This document shows positions 44,553 to 52,378 of a stretch of DNA of 64,000 nucleotides, piece by piece. A program made the position numbers and the translations under genes. The notes beneath the pieces were generated by a model. That model did not search any database and was not told where the DNA came from. It worked only from the letters and a program-made list of their open reading frames with translations. Position 1 is the stretch's first letter. Each line of letters begins with the position of its first letter. Location of the stretch: assembly GCA_052387955.1 (NCBI GenBank), contig JBQTIQ010000064.1, forward strand, positions 6,219-70,218. Reading direction: 5' to 3'. This DNA is from Acidimicrobiia bacterium. GTDB taxonomy: Bacteria; Actinomycetota; Acidimicrobiia; Acidimicrobiales; JACDCH01.

Positions 44553-45320
44553 ATGAGCCTCGTCGTCGTCGAACGCCGCCCGCACACGTTGTTGATCGGG
44601 CTGGACCGGCCCGAGAAACGAAACGCCCTCGACCGGGTGCTCGTCGACGAGATCGACACCGTGCTCCGTGACGCGGCACGGGCCGAGCCGGCGGTCGTGG
44701 TCGTCTACTCCCGTATGCCGGGGATGTTCGTCGCTGGAGCCGACCTGCACGAGATGTTCGAGCGGACGTCCGAGGAAGGTTTGCAGGCGATCAACATCGG
44801 TCTCTTCGATCGTCTCGAAGCCCACCGATGGCCGACCATCGCGGTGGTGGACGGCCCCGCCCTCGGGGGCGGCTGCGAGTTCGCCATGGCCTTCGACTTG
44901 CGGGTCGCGTCGGTGCGGGCCCGGTTCGCCCAGCCCGAGCTCAGCCTCGGGCTCATCGCCGGCGCCGGCGGCAACTGGCGGCTACCACAGCTGGTCGGCT
45001 TGTCGTGGGCGCGGCGGATGCTCTACATGGGCGAGTCGCTGGACGCCCAAACAGCGCTGGAGGCCGGCCTGGTCGACCGGGTCGCCCGTGAGCCCGAGGA
45101 GGCCCTCGACGTCGCCCTGGCCGTCGCCGACCAGATCGCCACCCGCTCGTGGCGGGCGGTCGAGCTCACCAAGCTCGCCCTGCGCCAGCACCGGCCGGCG
45201 ACGACCAGCTTCGACATCGTCGCCCAGGGCATGATGCTCGACAGCGCCGACAAGCACGAGCGCATCACCGACTTCTTCGACCGCCAGGCCGCCCGCAAAG
45301 CTCGACCGCCGTCGGGATGA
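44553..45320 (+). CDS. enoyl-CoA hydratase/isomerase (crotonase) family protein
   Basis: ORF 44007..45320 trimmed to ATG 44553 after GGGGGAGGTG. It has the oxyanion-hole region GGGCEFAMAFD. Confidence 0.88.
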   Translation: MSLVVVERRPHTLLIGLDRPEKRNALDRVLVDEIDTVLRDAARAEPAVVVVYSRMPGMFVAGADLHEMFERTSEEGLQAINIGLFDRLEAHRWPTIAVVDGPALGGGCEFAMAFDLRVASVRARFAQPELSLGLIAGAGGNWRLPQLVGLSWARRMLYMGESLDAQTALEAGLVDRVAREPEEALDVALAVADQIATRSWRAVELTKLALRQHRPATTSFDIVAQGMMLDSADKHERITDFFDRQAARKARPPSG

Positions 45321-45334
45321 GAGATATCTCATCC
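45315..45334. terminator. AT-rich hairpin at the crotonase stop
   Basis: GGATGAGA-gata-TCTCATCC forms an 8-bp stem. It is unusually AT-rich for this DNA. Confidence 0.4.
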
Positions 45335-45350
45335 GGCGCTCAGCACCATC

Positions 45351-45555
45351 TCATGTGCAGGATGGCAGACGAATCGTTTGGTGGCCACCGCCGGCGGCAC
45401 CCTCCCAGAGGGAGCCCTGGTGCTTGACGACGGCCGGCACGACGTGGCCGTATGGCGCCTCCCGCACGATCCCCGCCCGGCAGCTTCGACAGCCCGAGCT
45501 GAGCCCCGGGGGACAGCCCCAGGCTGGCGGTTGCCGCCTCGCCGAGCGAGGTCAC
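45351..45555 (-). pseudogene. possible frameshifted small ORF starting at the outer edge of the left inverted repeat
   Basis: From GTG 45555 the first ~28 codons (VTSLGEAATASLGLSPGAQLGLSKLPGG) have G/C-rich third positions. From ~45470 that bias moves to another frame (..IVREAPYGHVVPAVVKHQGSLWEGAAGGGHQ.., stop 45351). Family unknown; it weakly resembles LGL-x-PG AbrB/SpoVT-type or Xis-type small DNA binders. Confidence 0.2.
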
Positions 45556-45661
45556 TGGTGCACCATCGCTTGCGATCCCAGGGTGACCGGTCGACGGCGC
45601 GAGCGCCAGCGAGCCGGGCGACGATGGGCCCGGAGGCGCAGCCTCCGAGCATGAACGGTCA
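45550..45661 (-). repeat. left copy of the ~112-115 bp inverted repeat (IR-L)
   Basis: The reverse complement aligns with 56009-56123, from tgaccgt.. to ..atggtgcaccagtgacc. Confidence 0.9.
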
Positions 45662-45726
45662 CGGGCTCCGGGGCTGCTGCTCCAGCGCCCGTGGCGACGC
45701 TGTCGGTGCCGCCCGGTCCGGGCCGA

Positions 45727-47049
45727 TCAGCCGGCTGGTGCCGTTGGGACGACCGTTCCCCGGACTTCGCCCAGCCCCAGGCGGACGCCGCCGCCGATGG
45801 CGGCCGAGCCTCGCAGGATCACCTCGTCACCGTCCTCGAGGAACGTCCTGGTCGCTCCCGATGCCAGGACGATGGGCTCGGACCCGTTCCAGCTCAGCTC
45901 GAGCAGGGACCCCCGCTGGTCTCGCCTCGAGCCCGAGACCGTGCCCGAAGCCACCAGGTCGCCGACCCGGAGGTGGGCGCCGTTGGAAGTGAGGTGGGCC
46001 ACCTGCTGGTCGAGCGTCCAGTACATGGAGGCGAAGTCGGTGGCGCTCAGGCGCTCCTCGGCATCCTGACCGTGCGGCCGCAGCCACATCTCGAGCTGCA
46101 GGTCAAGGGCCAAGGACGACTCACGACGGAGGTGGGGGAGGGGAGGCGGGTCCTGGTCGGGACCGGGCACCCGAGCCGGCGCCAGAGCGTCGAGGGGGAC
46201 CACCCATCCCGAGATCGACGTGGCAAACGACTTGCCCAGGAAGGGCCCCAGGGGCTGGTACTCCCACGCCTGGATGTCCCGGGCACTCCAGTCGTTGACC
46301 AGCACGCAGCCGAAGACATGCTCGGCGACGGCCCCGGCCGGGACCGACCGGCCCCGCTCGCTCGGCTGGCCCACGATGAATCCGACCTCGAGCTCGACGT
46401 CGAGGTGGGTGCTCGGCCCTGTAACCACAGCGCCGTCGGGACCTCGCCGTTGCCCGAAGGGCCGTACCAACGGGGTGCCGGTGACGACCACCGTCCCGGC
46501 CCGGCCGTGGTAGGCCAACGGCACGTGCCGCCAGTTCGCCGGCAACGGGTCGCCGTCGGGCCGCAGCATGCGCCCGACGTTGGTGGCGTGATCGATCGAG
46601 GAGTAGAAGTCGACGTAGTCGGCAACCTCGACCGGCAGGTGCAGCTCGATGGTCGACCGTTCGACGAGGGCGTCCTGAGTGGCGGCGCGTACCTCGGCGG
46701 CGGCATCGCCCCCGGTGGCAAGCAGATCGCTGACCCGCGCCCGGACCGCGGTCCACGTCGAGCGGCCCCGGGCCAGGAGGCGGTTGAGGCTCGGAGCGCG
46801 GAACACCGCCAGCGCGTTGCGGCAGGCATCTTCCAGGAGGCCGGCTTCGGCCACCGCACCGAGGTCGAGGACGTGGTTGCCGATGGCGACCCCGATCCGT
46901 CGGTCGCGGCCAGCGGCAGAGAAGACGCCGTAGGGCAGGCTCTGCACCGGAAAGGAGCTGCCGGTGCTGGCGGGCACCCAGCTCGACCGGGCGGGATCAA
47001 CGGTGGGGTCGGCAGTCAGGCCGTCGATGTCGGCAGCGGACAGGTTCAC
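45727..47049 (-). CDS. fumarylacetoacetase (FAH)
   Basis: It has SSWVPASTGSSFPVQSLPYGVF, typical of the FAH N-terminus, and a C-terminal FAH fold. The start is uncertain (GTG 47049 or ATG 47148). Confidence 0.85.
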   Translation of the reverse strand: MNLSAADIDGLTADPTVDPARSSWVPASTGSSFPVQSLPYGVFSAAGRDRRIGVAIGNHVLDLGAVAEAGLLEDACRNALAVFRAPSLNRLLARGRSTWTAVRARVSDLLATGGDAAAEVRAATQDALVERSTIELHLPVEVADYVDFYSSIDHATNVGRMLRPDGDPLPANWRHVPLAYHGRAGTVVVTGTPLVRPFGQRRGPDGAVVTGPSTHLDVELEVGFIVGQPSERGRSVPAGAVAEHVFGCVLVNDWSARDIQAWEYQPLGPFLGKSFATSISGWVVPLDALAPARVPGPDQDPPPLPHLRRESSLALDLQLEMWLRPHGQDAEERLSATDFASMYWTLDQQVAHLTSNGAHLRVGDLVASGTVSGSRRDQRGSLLELSWNGSEPIVLASGATRTFLEDGDEVILRGSAAIGGGVRLGLGEVRGTVVPTAPAG

Positions 47050-47189
47050 GTCCTCCTGGTATCTGCCGGTGACCGGGCCGACGCAGGCGGAGGCTGTACC
47101 GATGAGTGGAACTTGCGCCTTCCTCGGACCGCACGGGCGACCCATCATGGTCCCGAGGCTCCGGCCCTACTCATCATGACAGCTACCTG

Positions 47190-47525
47190 ATGCCCACGAT
47201 CACCTTCGTCGACCAGCGATTGACCATGGAGTCCCGTCCTGGCGAAGCCATCCTTTCCGCCATCGTCCGCTCGGGCTACAGCCACCGCTACGGGTGTCGC
47301 CGCGGGGGGTGCGGTGTGTGCCGGGCGGTCGTCACCGTAGGACAGGTCACCTATCCGTCGGCAGTGGCCCCTACCGTGCTCACACCCGACGAACGCGAGG
47401 ATGGCCACTGTCTCACCTGTCGGGCCGTCCCCGACGGCGACATCGAGCTGCGGCTTCCCGACGACGACGAGCTTCGCTGCGTGAACACCCTTCTCGCCCG
47501 CATCCTCACCAAGGAGAGAACCTGA
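47190..47525 (+). CDS. plant-type [2Fe-2S] ferredoxin, XylT/DmpQ-like
   Basis: It has the Cys pattern CRRGGCGVC..C and sits immediately upstream of, and overlapping (TGATG), the extradiol dioxygenase. Confidence 0.82.
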   Translation: MPTITFVDQRLTMESRPGEAILSAIVRSGYSHRYGCRRGGCGVCRAVVTVGQVTYPSAVAPTVLTPDEREDGHCLTCRAVPDGDIELRLPDDDELRCVNTLLARILTKERT

Positions 47526-48436
47526 TGGCCGTCATGCGTCTCGGTTACACCCATATCCGCGTCACCGATCTGGCAGAAGCGAAGAAGCACTACAGCCGCA
47601 CGATTGGTATGAACGTGGTGGCGGAGAGCGCCAACCAGGTCCATCTCAAGTGCTGGGACGAGTACGACCACCACTCCCTCGTGATCGAGGAAGGCGGCGT
47701 CGGCCTCGTCAAGCTGGGCTACAAGGTCGAGAAAGCCGACGATCTCGCCGCCTTCGAGTCGCGGGCGCAGCAGTTCGGCGCCATCGTCGAACGGATGGGC
47801 AGCGGCGACAACCTGGCCGTCGGCGACGGCGTTCGCATCGTGCTGCCTTCCGACCACGTGATCGAGCTGTACGCCGAGATGGAGTTCACCGGGACCGACA
47901 CCGGCTGCCTCAACCCCGACCCCTACCCCCGCGACACGTCGGGCATCGGCGTCCCCCGCATCGACCATGCCCTGATCACGGCCGAGGACGTCGAGACCGT
48001 CGAACGGTTCTTCCAAGAGGTGCTCGACTTCCAGGTCACCGAGCGGGTCATCACCGAACCGGTCGACCCGATGCTCATCGGCACGTGGCTCTCGTGCTCG
48101 AACACTCCCCACGACATCGCCTTCGTCAAGGGCCCGAACGGCAAGTTCCACCACTTCGCCTACCTGCTCGAGGACTGGAACGCCATCCTCAAGGCCGGCG
48201 ACCTCTTCGCCATGGACGACGTACCGGTCGACGTCGGCCCCACCCGCCACGGCATCACCCGGGGCACGACGATCTACTTCTTCGACCCGTCCGGCAACCG
48301 CAACGAGGTCTTCGCCGGTGGTTACACCGTCTTCAAGGACTTCCCCTGCATCACCTGGACCGCTGACCAGATCGGCAAGGGGATCTTCTACATCCAGCGC
48401 GAGCTGAACGAGCGCTTCACCACCGTCGTCACCTGA
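47525..48436 (+). CDS. catechol 2,3-dioxygenase (type I extradiol dioxygenase)
   Basis: It has a two-domain VOC fold (RLGYTHIRV, IDHALI, HDIAF, FHHFAY, YFFDPSGNRNE) and is 303 aa long. Confidence 0.93.
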   Translation: MAVMRLGYTHIRVTDLAEAKKHYSRTIGMNVVAESANQVHLKCWDEYDHHSLVIEEGGVGLVKLGYKVEKADDLAAFESRAQQFGAIVERMGSGDNLAVGDGVRIVLPSDHVIELYAEMEFTGTDTGCLNPDPYPRDTSGIGVPRIDHALITAEDVETVERFFQEVLDFQVTERVITEPVDPMLIGTWLSCSNTPHDIAFVKGPNGKFHHFAYLLEDWNAILKAGDLFAMDDVPVDVGPTRHGITRGTTIYFFDPSGNRNEVFAGGYTVFKDFPCITWTADQIGKGIFYIQRELNERFTTVVT

Positions 48437-48524
48437 GCACCGTCGAAGGCCCGTTCCCGCTGAGGTAGGAACGGCCGAGGGGCCGACGTCGCCCGCAGTC
48501 GGCTTCGCATTGGCCGTGGACGCC

Positions 48525-48557
48525 GAGCGCGGGCATCCTTCATCGGTGCCCGCGCTC
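48525..48557. terminator. strong hairpin downstream of the dioxygenase and upstream of the IclR gene
   Basis: GAGCGCGGGCA-tccttcatcgg-TGCCCGCGCTC forms an 11-bp perfect stem. A weaker hairpin, CCGTTCC..GGAACGG, lies at 48451-48474. Confidence 0.5.
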
Positions 48558-48673
48558 GACGTACCTGACGTGCGAGGGCCGCGAGCTCTCCAGGCCGTCG
48601 GCGCGAGCGCGAGCTCGCCCGGCGGCGACGGGTGTGGGGCGCAGCCCCACGGGAAGACCGACCGGTGCTGGCG

Positions 48674-49504
48674 ATGACCGGAAGCACGGGCGCGGCCCGG
48701 CCCGACGAGGTCCGCCTCCAGTCGCTGACCGCGGCGCTGGAACTGCTCAATCGGTTCGCCACCGCCAACGAGATCGGGGTGACCGAGGCCGCCGCCCATC
48801 TCGGCGTGGCCAAGAGCACCGCCCACCGCCTGTTGACGACGTTGGCCGCCTTCGGCTTCGTGGAGCGGACCGTCAACCGGCGCTACCGGCTGGGTGTGCG
48901 CATCTACGAGCTGGGCGAGATCGCGGTGAGCCGACTGGGGCTCCACGAGGTGGCCCTTCCGGTACTCGAGGAGCTGCGCAACGTCTGCGGCGAGACCGTG
49001 CACGTGGCCATCCCCGACGGTGCCGAGGTCGTCTACATCGCCCGCATGGAGAGCCACCAGGGCCTCCGGTTCTCGTCCCGGGTCGGTCGGCGCATGCCCG
49101 CCCACGCCACCAGTTCGGGCAAGGCCATCGCTGCCTTCAACCCCGAGGTGGCCAAGGCGGTGGTGAGCTCACCCCTGCTGCGGCTCACTGGCCGAACGAT
49201 CGTGTCGCCCCAGCTGTTCCTGAGGGCCCTGGCCGATGCCCGCACCGCCGGCTATGCCTGCAGCACCGAGGAAGCCGAGGTGGGCCTGTCGTCGGTTGCC
49301 GCTCCCGTGCTCGACGCCGACGGCGTCGCCATCGCCGCTGTCTCGGTGGCAGGCCCGTCCGAGCGGATCCTCCATGACGAAAGGCTCACCGCCGGACGGG
49401 TCAAGGCCGCCGCCGCCCGCCTGGCCAAGGACCACGCCGCCTGGCTCCCGCCTCGCCGTCGTTCCGCGCTGCGCGCCAGCCGCCCTACCGACGACCGCCG
49501 CTGA
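48674..49504 (+). CDS. IclR-family transcriptional regulator
   Basis: ORF 48632..49504 trimmed to ATG 48674. It has an N-terminal wHTH (EIGVTEAAAHLGVAKSTAHRLLTTL) and an IclR effector domain. Confidence 0.9.
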   Translation: MTGSTGAARPDEVRLQSLTAALELLNRFATANEIGVTEAAAHLGVAKSTAHRLLTTLAAFGFVERTVNRRYRLGVRIYELGEIAVSRLGLHEVALPVLEELRNVCGETVHVAIPDGAEVVYIARMESHQGLRFSSRVGRRMPAHATSSGKAIAAFNPEVAKAVVSSPLLRLTGRTIVSPQLFLRALADARTAGYACSTEEAEVGLSSVAAPVLDADGVAIAAVSVAGPSERILHDERLTAGRVKAAAARLAKDHAAWLPPRRRSALRASRPTDDRR

Positions 49505-49550
49505 GGGGTGAGGAGGGCATGGCCCCCCCACAGGTTGCTGGAAAACGACC

Positions 49551-49579
49551 GACGCCGGGCCCTGTGAGGGCCCGGCGTC
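49551..49579. terminator. bidirectional terminator hairpin
   Basis: GACGCCGGGCCC-tgtga-GGGCCCGGCGTC forms a 12-bp perfect stem between the convergent IclR and monooxygenase beta-subunit genes. Confidence 0.65.
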
Positions 49580-49623
49580 CCTGCCCGCGGCGGAGCGCGG
49601 TCAGGTGAGGTCAGTACCGGTTG

Positions 49624-50607
49624 TCAGGCCAGCAGCTCGTCGGTGCGGGCGTCGGCCGCAGCCTTGATGGCGGAGGCGGCAGCGGCACCGTCGACACCGG
49701 GAAGGGTGGCGGCGAGCGCGTCGACCGCGGCGCCGGCATGGCCCTTCCAGTTGTCGTAGTGGCCCCGGAGGATGTCCTTGTTGGCGGGGGTGTCAGTGAC
49801 GATCACCTTCATGAGATCGGCGCTGAGAGCCCGGTGCCACAGGGCGTCCTCGTTGAGCGAGAAGTGGATAGCGGACAGGAGGCGGTCGCTGTTGGCGGCG
49901 GCGGCCGCGCCGGCGATCTGCTCGTTGATGAGCGGGTCGACGTGGGGCTTGATCACCAGGTGCAGCACGGCGAAGGCCTCACCCAAGTCGTAGGCCACCA
50001 ACGCCCGCTCGATGAGCTCGCGCAGCGGCTGGAACGCCTCGGCGTTTTCCCAGATGCCCTGGTGCTCGGCCGGGTTGCAGGCGCCCCGGCTGGTGTTGAG
50101 CTGCACCGAGCGGTATGCGATCCGCTGGAGCCGGCGCATCTCGTCGGCGGCCTGGAAGGTGCCGCAGTTCTTGATCCGCGACGCGGGGGCGAGGTGGCCG
50201 CAGTAGGCGGCGAGCATCTCGAGCCCGTGGCACGGGTAGCGCAGCGGCGCATAGACGTTGTGCATGTAGGAGAGGTACTCGTCGCTCAGGGCGGCGTCGT
50301 AGTTGGAGTCGTCGATCTCTCGCAGGAGGCCGTCGACCACCGTCTCCTTGCTGTTCTGCAGGGTGTTGTAGCCCCGGTAGGTGGTGCGACGGGGATCGGC
50401 GAACGCCTCCCAGTCCTGCACCTGCAGGTTCGAGTCCTCGCGGTGGGCGTAGGTCCACTCGGCTACGGGGTTGCCCTCGCCGAGCTCGAAGCTGCGGGGG
50501 TAGTCGTACACGAGGCGGGTGCTGACCAGTTCGTACTCGGTCGGCATACGCCGCGACTCGGGGAGCTGGCGGGAGAAGGTCTTGAGGGTGGGTTTTGCGT
50601 CGGCCAT
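49624..50607 (-). CDS. soluble diiron monooxygenase beta subunit (toluene-4-monooxygenase TmoE-like)
   Basis: The 327-aa protein has blocks matching my recollection of TmoE: MPTEYELVSTRLVY, DWEAFADP..YRGYN and YAPLRY..LAPASRIKNCGTFQAADEMRRL. The DEMRR motif has Arg rather than the alpha-type His ligand. Confidence 0.82.
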   Translation of the reverse strand: MADAKPTLKTFSRQLPESRRMPTEYELVSTRLVYDYPRSFELGEGNPVAEWTYAHREDSNLQVQDWEAFADPRRTTYRGYNTLQNSKETVVDGLLREIDDSNYDAALSDEYLSYMHNVYAPLRYPCHGLEMLAAYCGHLAPASRIKNCGTFQAADEMRRLQRIAYRSVQLNTSRGACNPAEHQGIWENAEAFQPLRELIERALVAYDLGEAFAVLHLVIKPHVDPLINEQIAGAAAAANSDRLLSAIHFSLNEDALWHRALSADLMKVIVTDTPANKDILRGHYDNWKGHAGAAVDALAATLPGVDGAAAASAIKAAADARTDELLA

Positions 50608-50619
50608 GTCGTCCTCCTC

Positions 50620-50958
50620 CTATTCGCTCGGGATCTCGGGCTGGGGTTCGTGGGCAAGCCACCACGCCGCGCCGTCGGACGTCATCGAGACCTTGCCCGA
50701 GAACGAGGACATGATGACCTCGAGCTCGCCCGGCCACCGGAGCTCACGACCGAGGACTTCTTCGACCTGGCCCTTGGTCACGACGCACTTGTTCGGCGAC
50801 CAGACGCGGATGTAGGCACCGGCGTCGTCGGTAACGACACCTTCGTTGTGGGCCTCGATGGCCTCGACGATGGCCTGGCCTACCGCGGTCACCTGGACCA
50901 CAGGGCCGACCCCGGTCTCGATTGCGGCCGCCCTGGCCTCAGCTTCTGCTGTGCTCAT
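50620..50958 (-). CDS. monooxygenase effector/coupling protein (MmoB/DmpM/TmoD family)
   Basis: ORF 50620..51054 trimmed to ATG 50958 (MSTAEAE). Motifs are GVGPVV, AYIRV, VEEVLGR and IMSSFSG. Confidence 0.8.
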   Translation of the reverse strand: MSTAEAEARAAAIETGVGPVVQVTAVGQAIVEAIEAHNEGVVTDDAGAYIRVWSPNKCVVTKGQVEEVLGRELRWPGELEVIMSSFSGKVSMTSDGAAWWLAHEPQPEIPSE

Positions 50959-51136
50959 TCCATACCTTTCGATTGGTGACGAAGAACTTCGCCGGGCGCG
51001 ACGCGGACGACGGTCCCCAACGCGGACGACGCAACGAATCGAGGCAGCAGACAACCGGGTTGACCCCCTTACCGACGCCGCTCCGACCTCATGTCGGAGT
51101 TGGTCACGGCAACCCAGGTGCCGGTGCCCTTCGGGA

Positions 51137-51394
51137 TCAGGCGGCCGGGGCGACCTGGCGGATGGTGAAGAGATCGCTGTAGCCGAGGCCAGCCTCTTCG
51201 ATCGTCTGGGCAGGATCGAGGAACTCGCCGGCTTCGTTGTAGATCTGGAACTCGCCCCCGTTGTCGGGGATGCGTAGCCCGAGGACCCAGGTGGGGAACT
51301 GATCGAGAAGGCTCTGAACAGTGAGGTCCGGCATGGTGATGATCACCAGGCGCAGGAAGTCACCCTCGAACCAGCCGTTCAACGGCATGATCAT
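51137..51394 (-). CDS. TmoB-like small monooxygenase subunit
   Basis: The 85-aa protein (MIMPLNGWFEGDFLRLVII..EEAGLGYSDLFTI) resembles the 84-aa T4MO B protein in size and pattern. GGAGGAG lies 9 nt upstream of the ATG. Confidence 0.6.
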   Translation of the reverse strand: MIMPLNGWFEGDFLRLVIITMPDLTVQSLLDQFPTWVLGLRIPDNGGEFQIYNEAGEFLDPAQTIEEAGLGYSDLFTIRQVAPAA

Positions 51395-51563
51395 TGTGCT
51401 ATTTCTCCTCCGTATCGACGTACATACGTCTTACCAACCGGGGGAGCGGAGGCGTATTGGCGCGCGACCCTTCCCCGGGCTTGCTGATGATGAAGCGGCC
51501 TCCTCCGAAGTCGTTCAACGGTGGGCGCACTATACAACACGAGGCATCGCCGTGGGAAAGGTC

Positions 51564-51586
51564 CATGTTCCAGGATCTGGAACATG
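51564..51586. promoter_or_regulatory. perfect 10-bp inverted repeat CATGTTCCAG-gat-CTGGAACATG
   Basis: It lies in the lower-GC, 354-bp divergent region between the TmoB-like gene and the CHRD gene, and is a candidate operator. Confidence 0.4.
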
Positions 51587-51748
51587 TCCGGAGCAGTCGG
51601 AGCGACGAAAACCGCAGTTCGGCGCCATTGTCAGCCGTCCCGGAGGCCGGGACGAGGTACCCCATGAAGGGGCTGGGGCATCCGTGCGCGGCAAGGCTCC
51701 GGTGGCACTGCGCGTGCGGGCACGACCGTATTGGGTAAGACTCCGCCC

Positions 51749-52291
51749 ATGCGCTCAAGCATCATTGCCCGGGCCTTGTTGGCATGCTCCCTCCTGTTCT
51801 TCGCCGGCTGTGGCGACGACGACGACGACGGTGCCGTCAGCACCGGGTCGTCGAACACGGAGAGCCCGACGATCCCGCCCACGACCGCACCGGCCGCCGG
51901 GTCGGACGGCTCGGAGGGCCCGTCGAGCGACGATCCCTACGAGGCTCAACTGATGCTCTCCGGCCTCGCCGAGGTCCCCGGCCCTGGAAGCGCGGGAATG
52001 GCCTCCGCCGGCATCACCTATGACGGCGACGAGCTCTGTTTCGCCTTCGAGACCGACGGCGTCGGTGCCGTCACCGCCGGCCACATCCACGTCGGCGCCG
52101 CCAACGTCGCCGGACCGGTGGTGGTCAACTTCCAGCTCACGACCTCCGAGGACGGCCCGGTCGACGAGCGGTGCCTCCCCGACGACGAGAAGATCGCCGG
52201 GGTCTTCGCCGACCCGGGAGCCCACTACGTCAACCTCCACACCGCCGAGTTCCCCGATGGAGCGGTGCGGGCCCAGCTGCCGGGCCGATAG
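51749..52291 (+). CDS. CHRD-domain lipoprotein
   Basis: Trimmed to ATG 51749 (MRSSIIARALLACSLLFFAGC lipobox). A low-complexity linker is followed by CHRD-like HIHVGAANVAGPVV and HYVNLHT. Confidence 0.75.
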   Translation: MRSSIIARALLACSLLFFAGCGDDDDDGAVSTGSSNTESPTIPPTTAPAAGSDGSEGPSSDDPYEAQLMLSGLAEVPGPGSAGMASAGITYDGDELCFAFETDGVGAVTAGHIHVGAANVAGPVVVNFQLTTSEDGPVDERCLPDDEKIAGVFADPGAHYVNLHTAEFPDGAVRAQLPGR

Positions 52292-52378
52292 GCCGGTCCG
52301 CTCGCCTGACGACGACGGTCGAACCGGCGCCGTCGGGGCACGGCCCGAGCCTGAACACACCCCAGCAGGGCTGAACGA

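Noticed and set aside
50959-51136. A remnant of the Rieske ferredoxin (TmoC) in the 178-bp gap between the TmoB-like and effector genes.
   Set aside because: The three-frame translations gave no CxH..CxxH motif. Only a short fragment (KGTGTWVAVTNSD) is present, which is too weak to call. The absence of TmoC is covered in the orphan-cluster finding.
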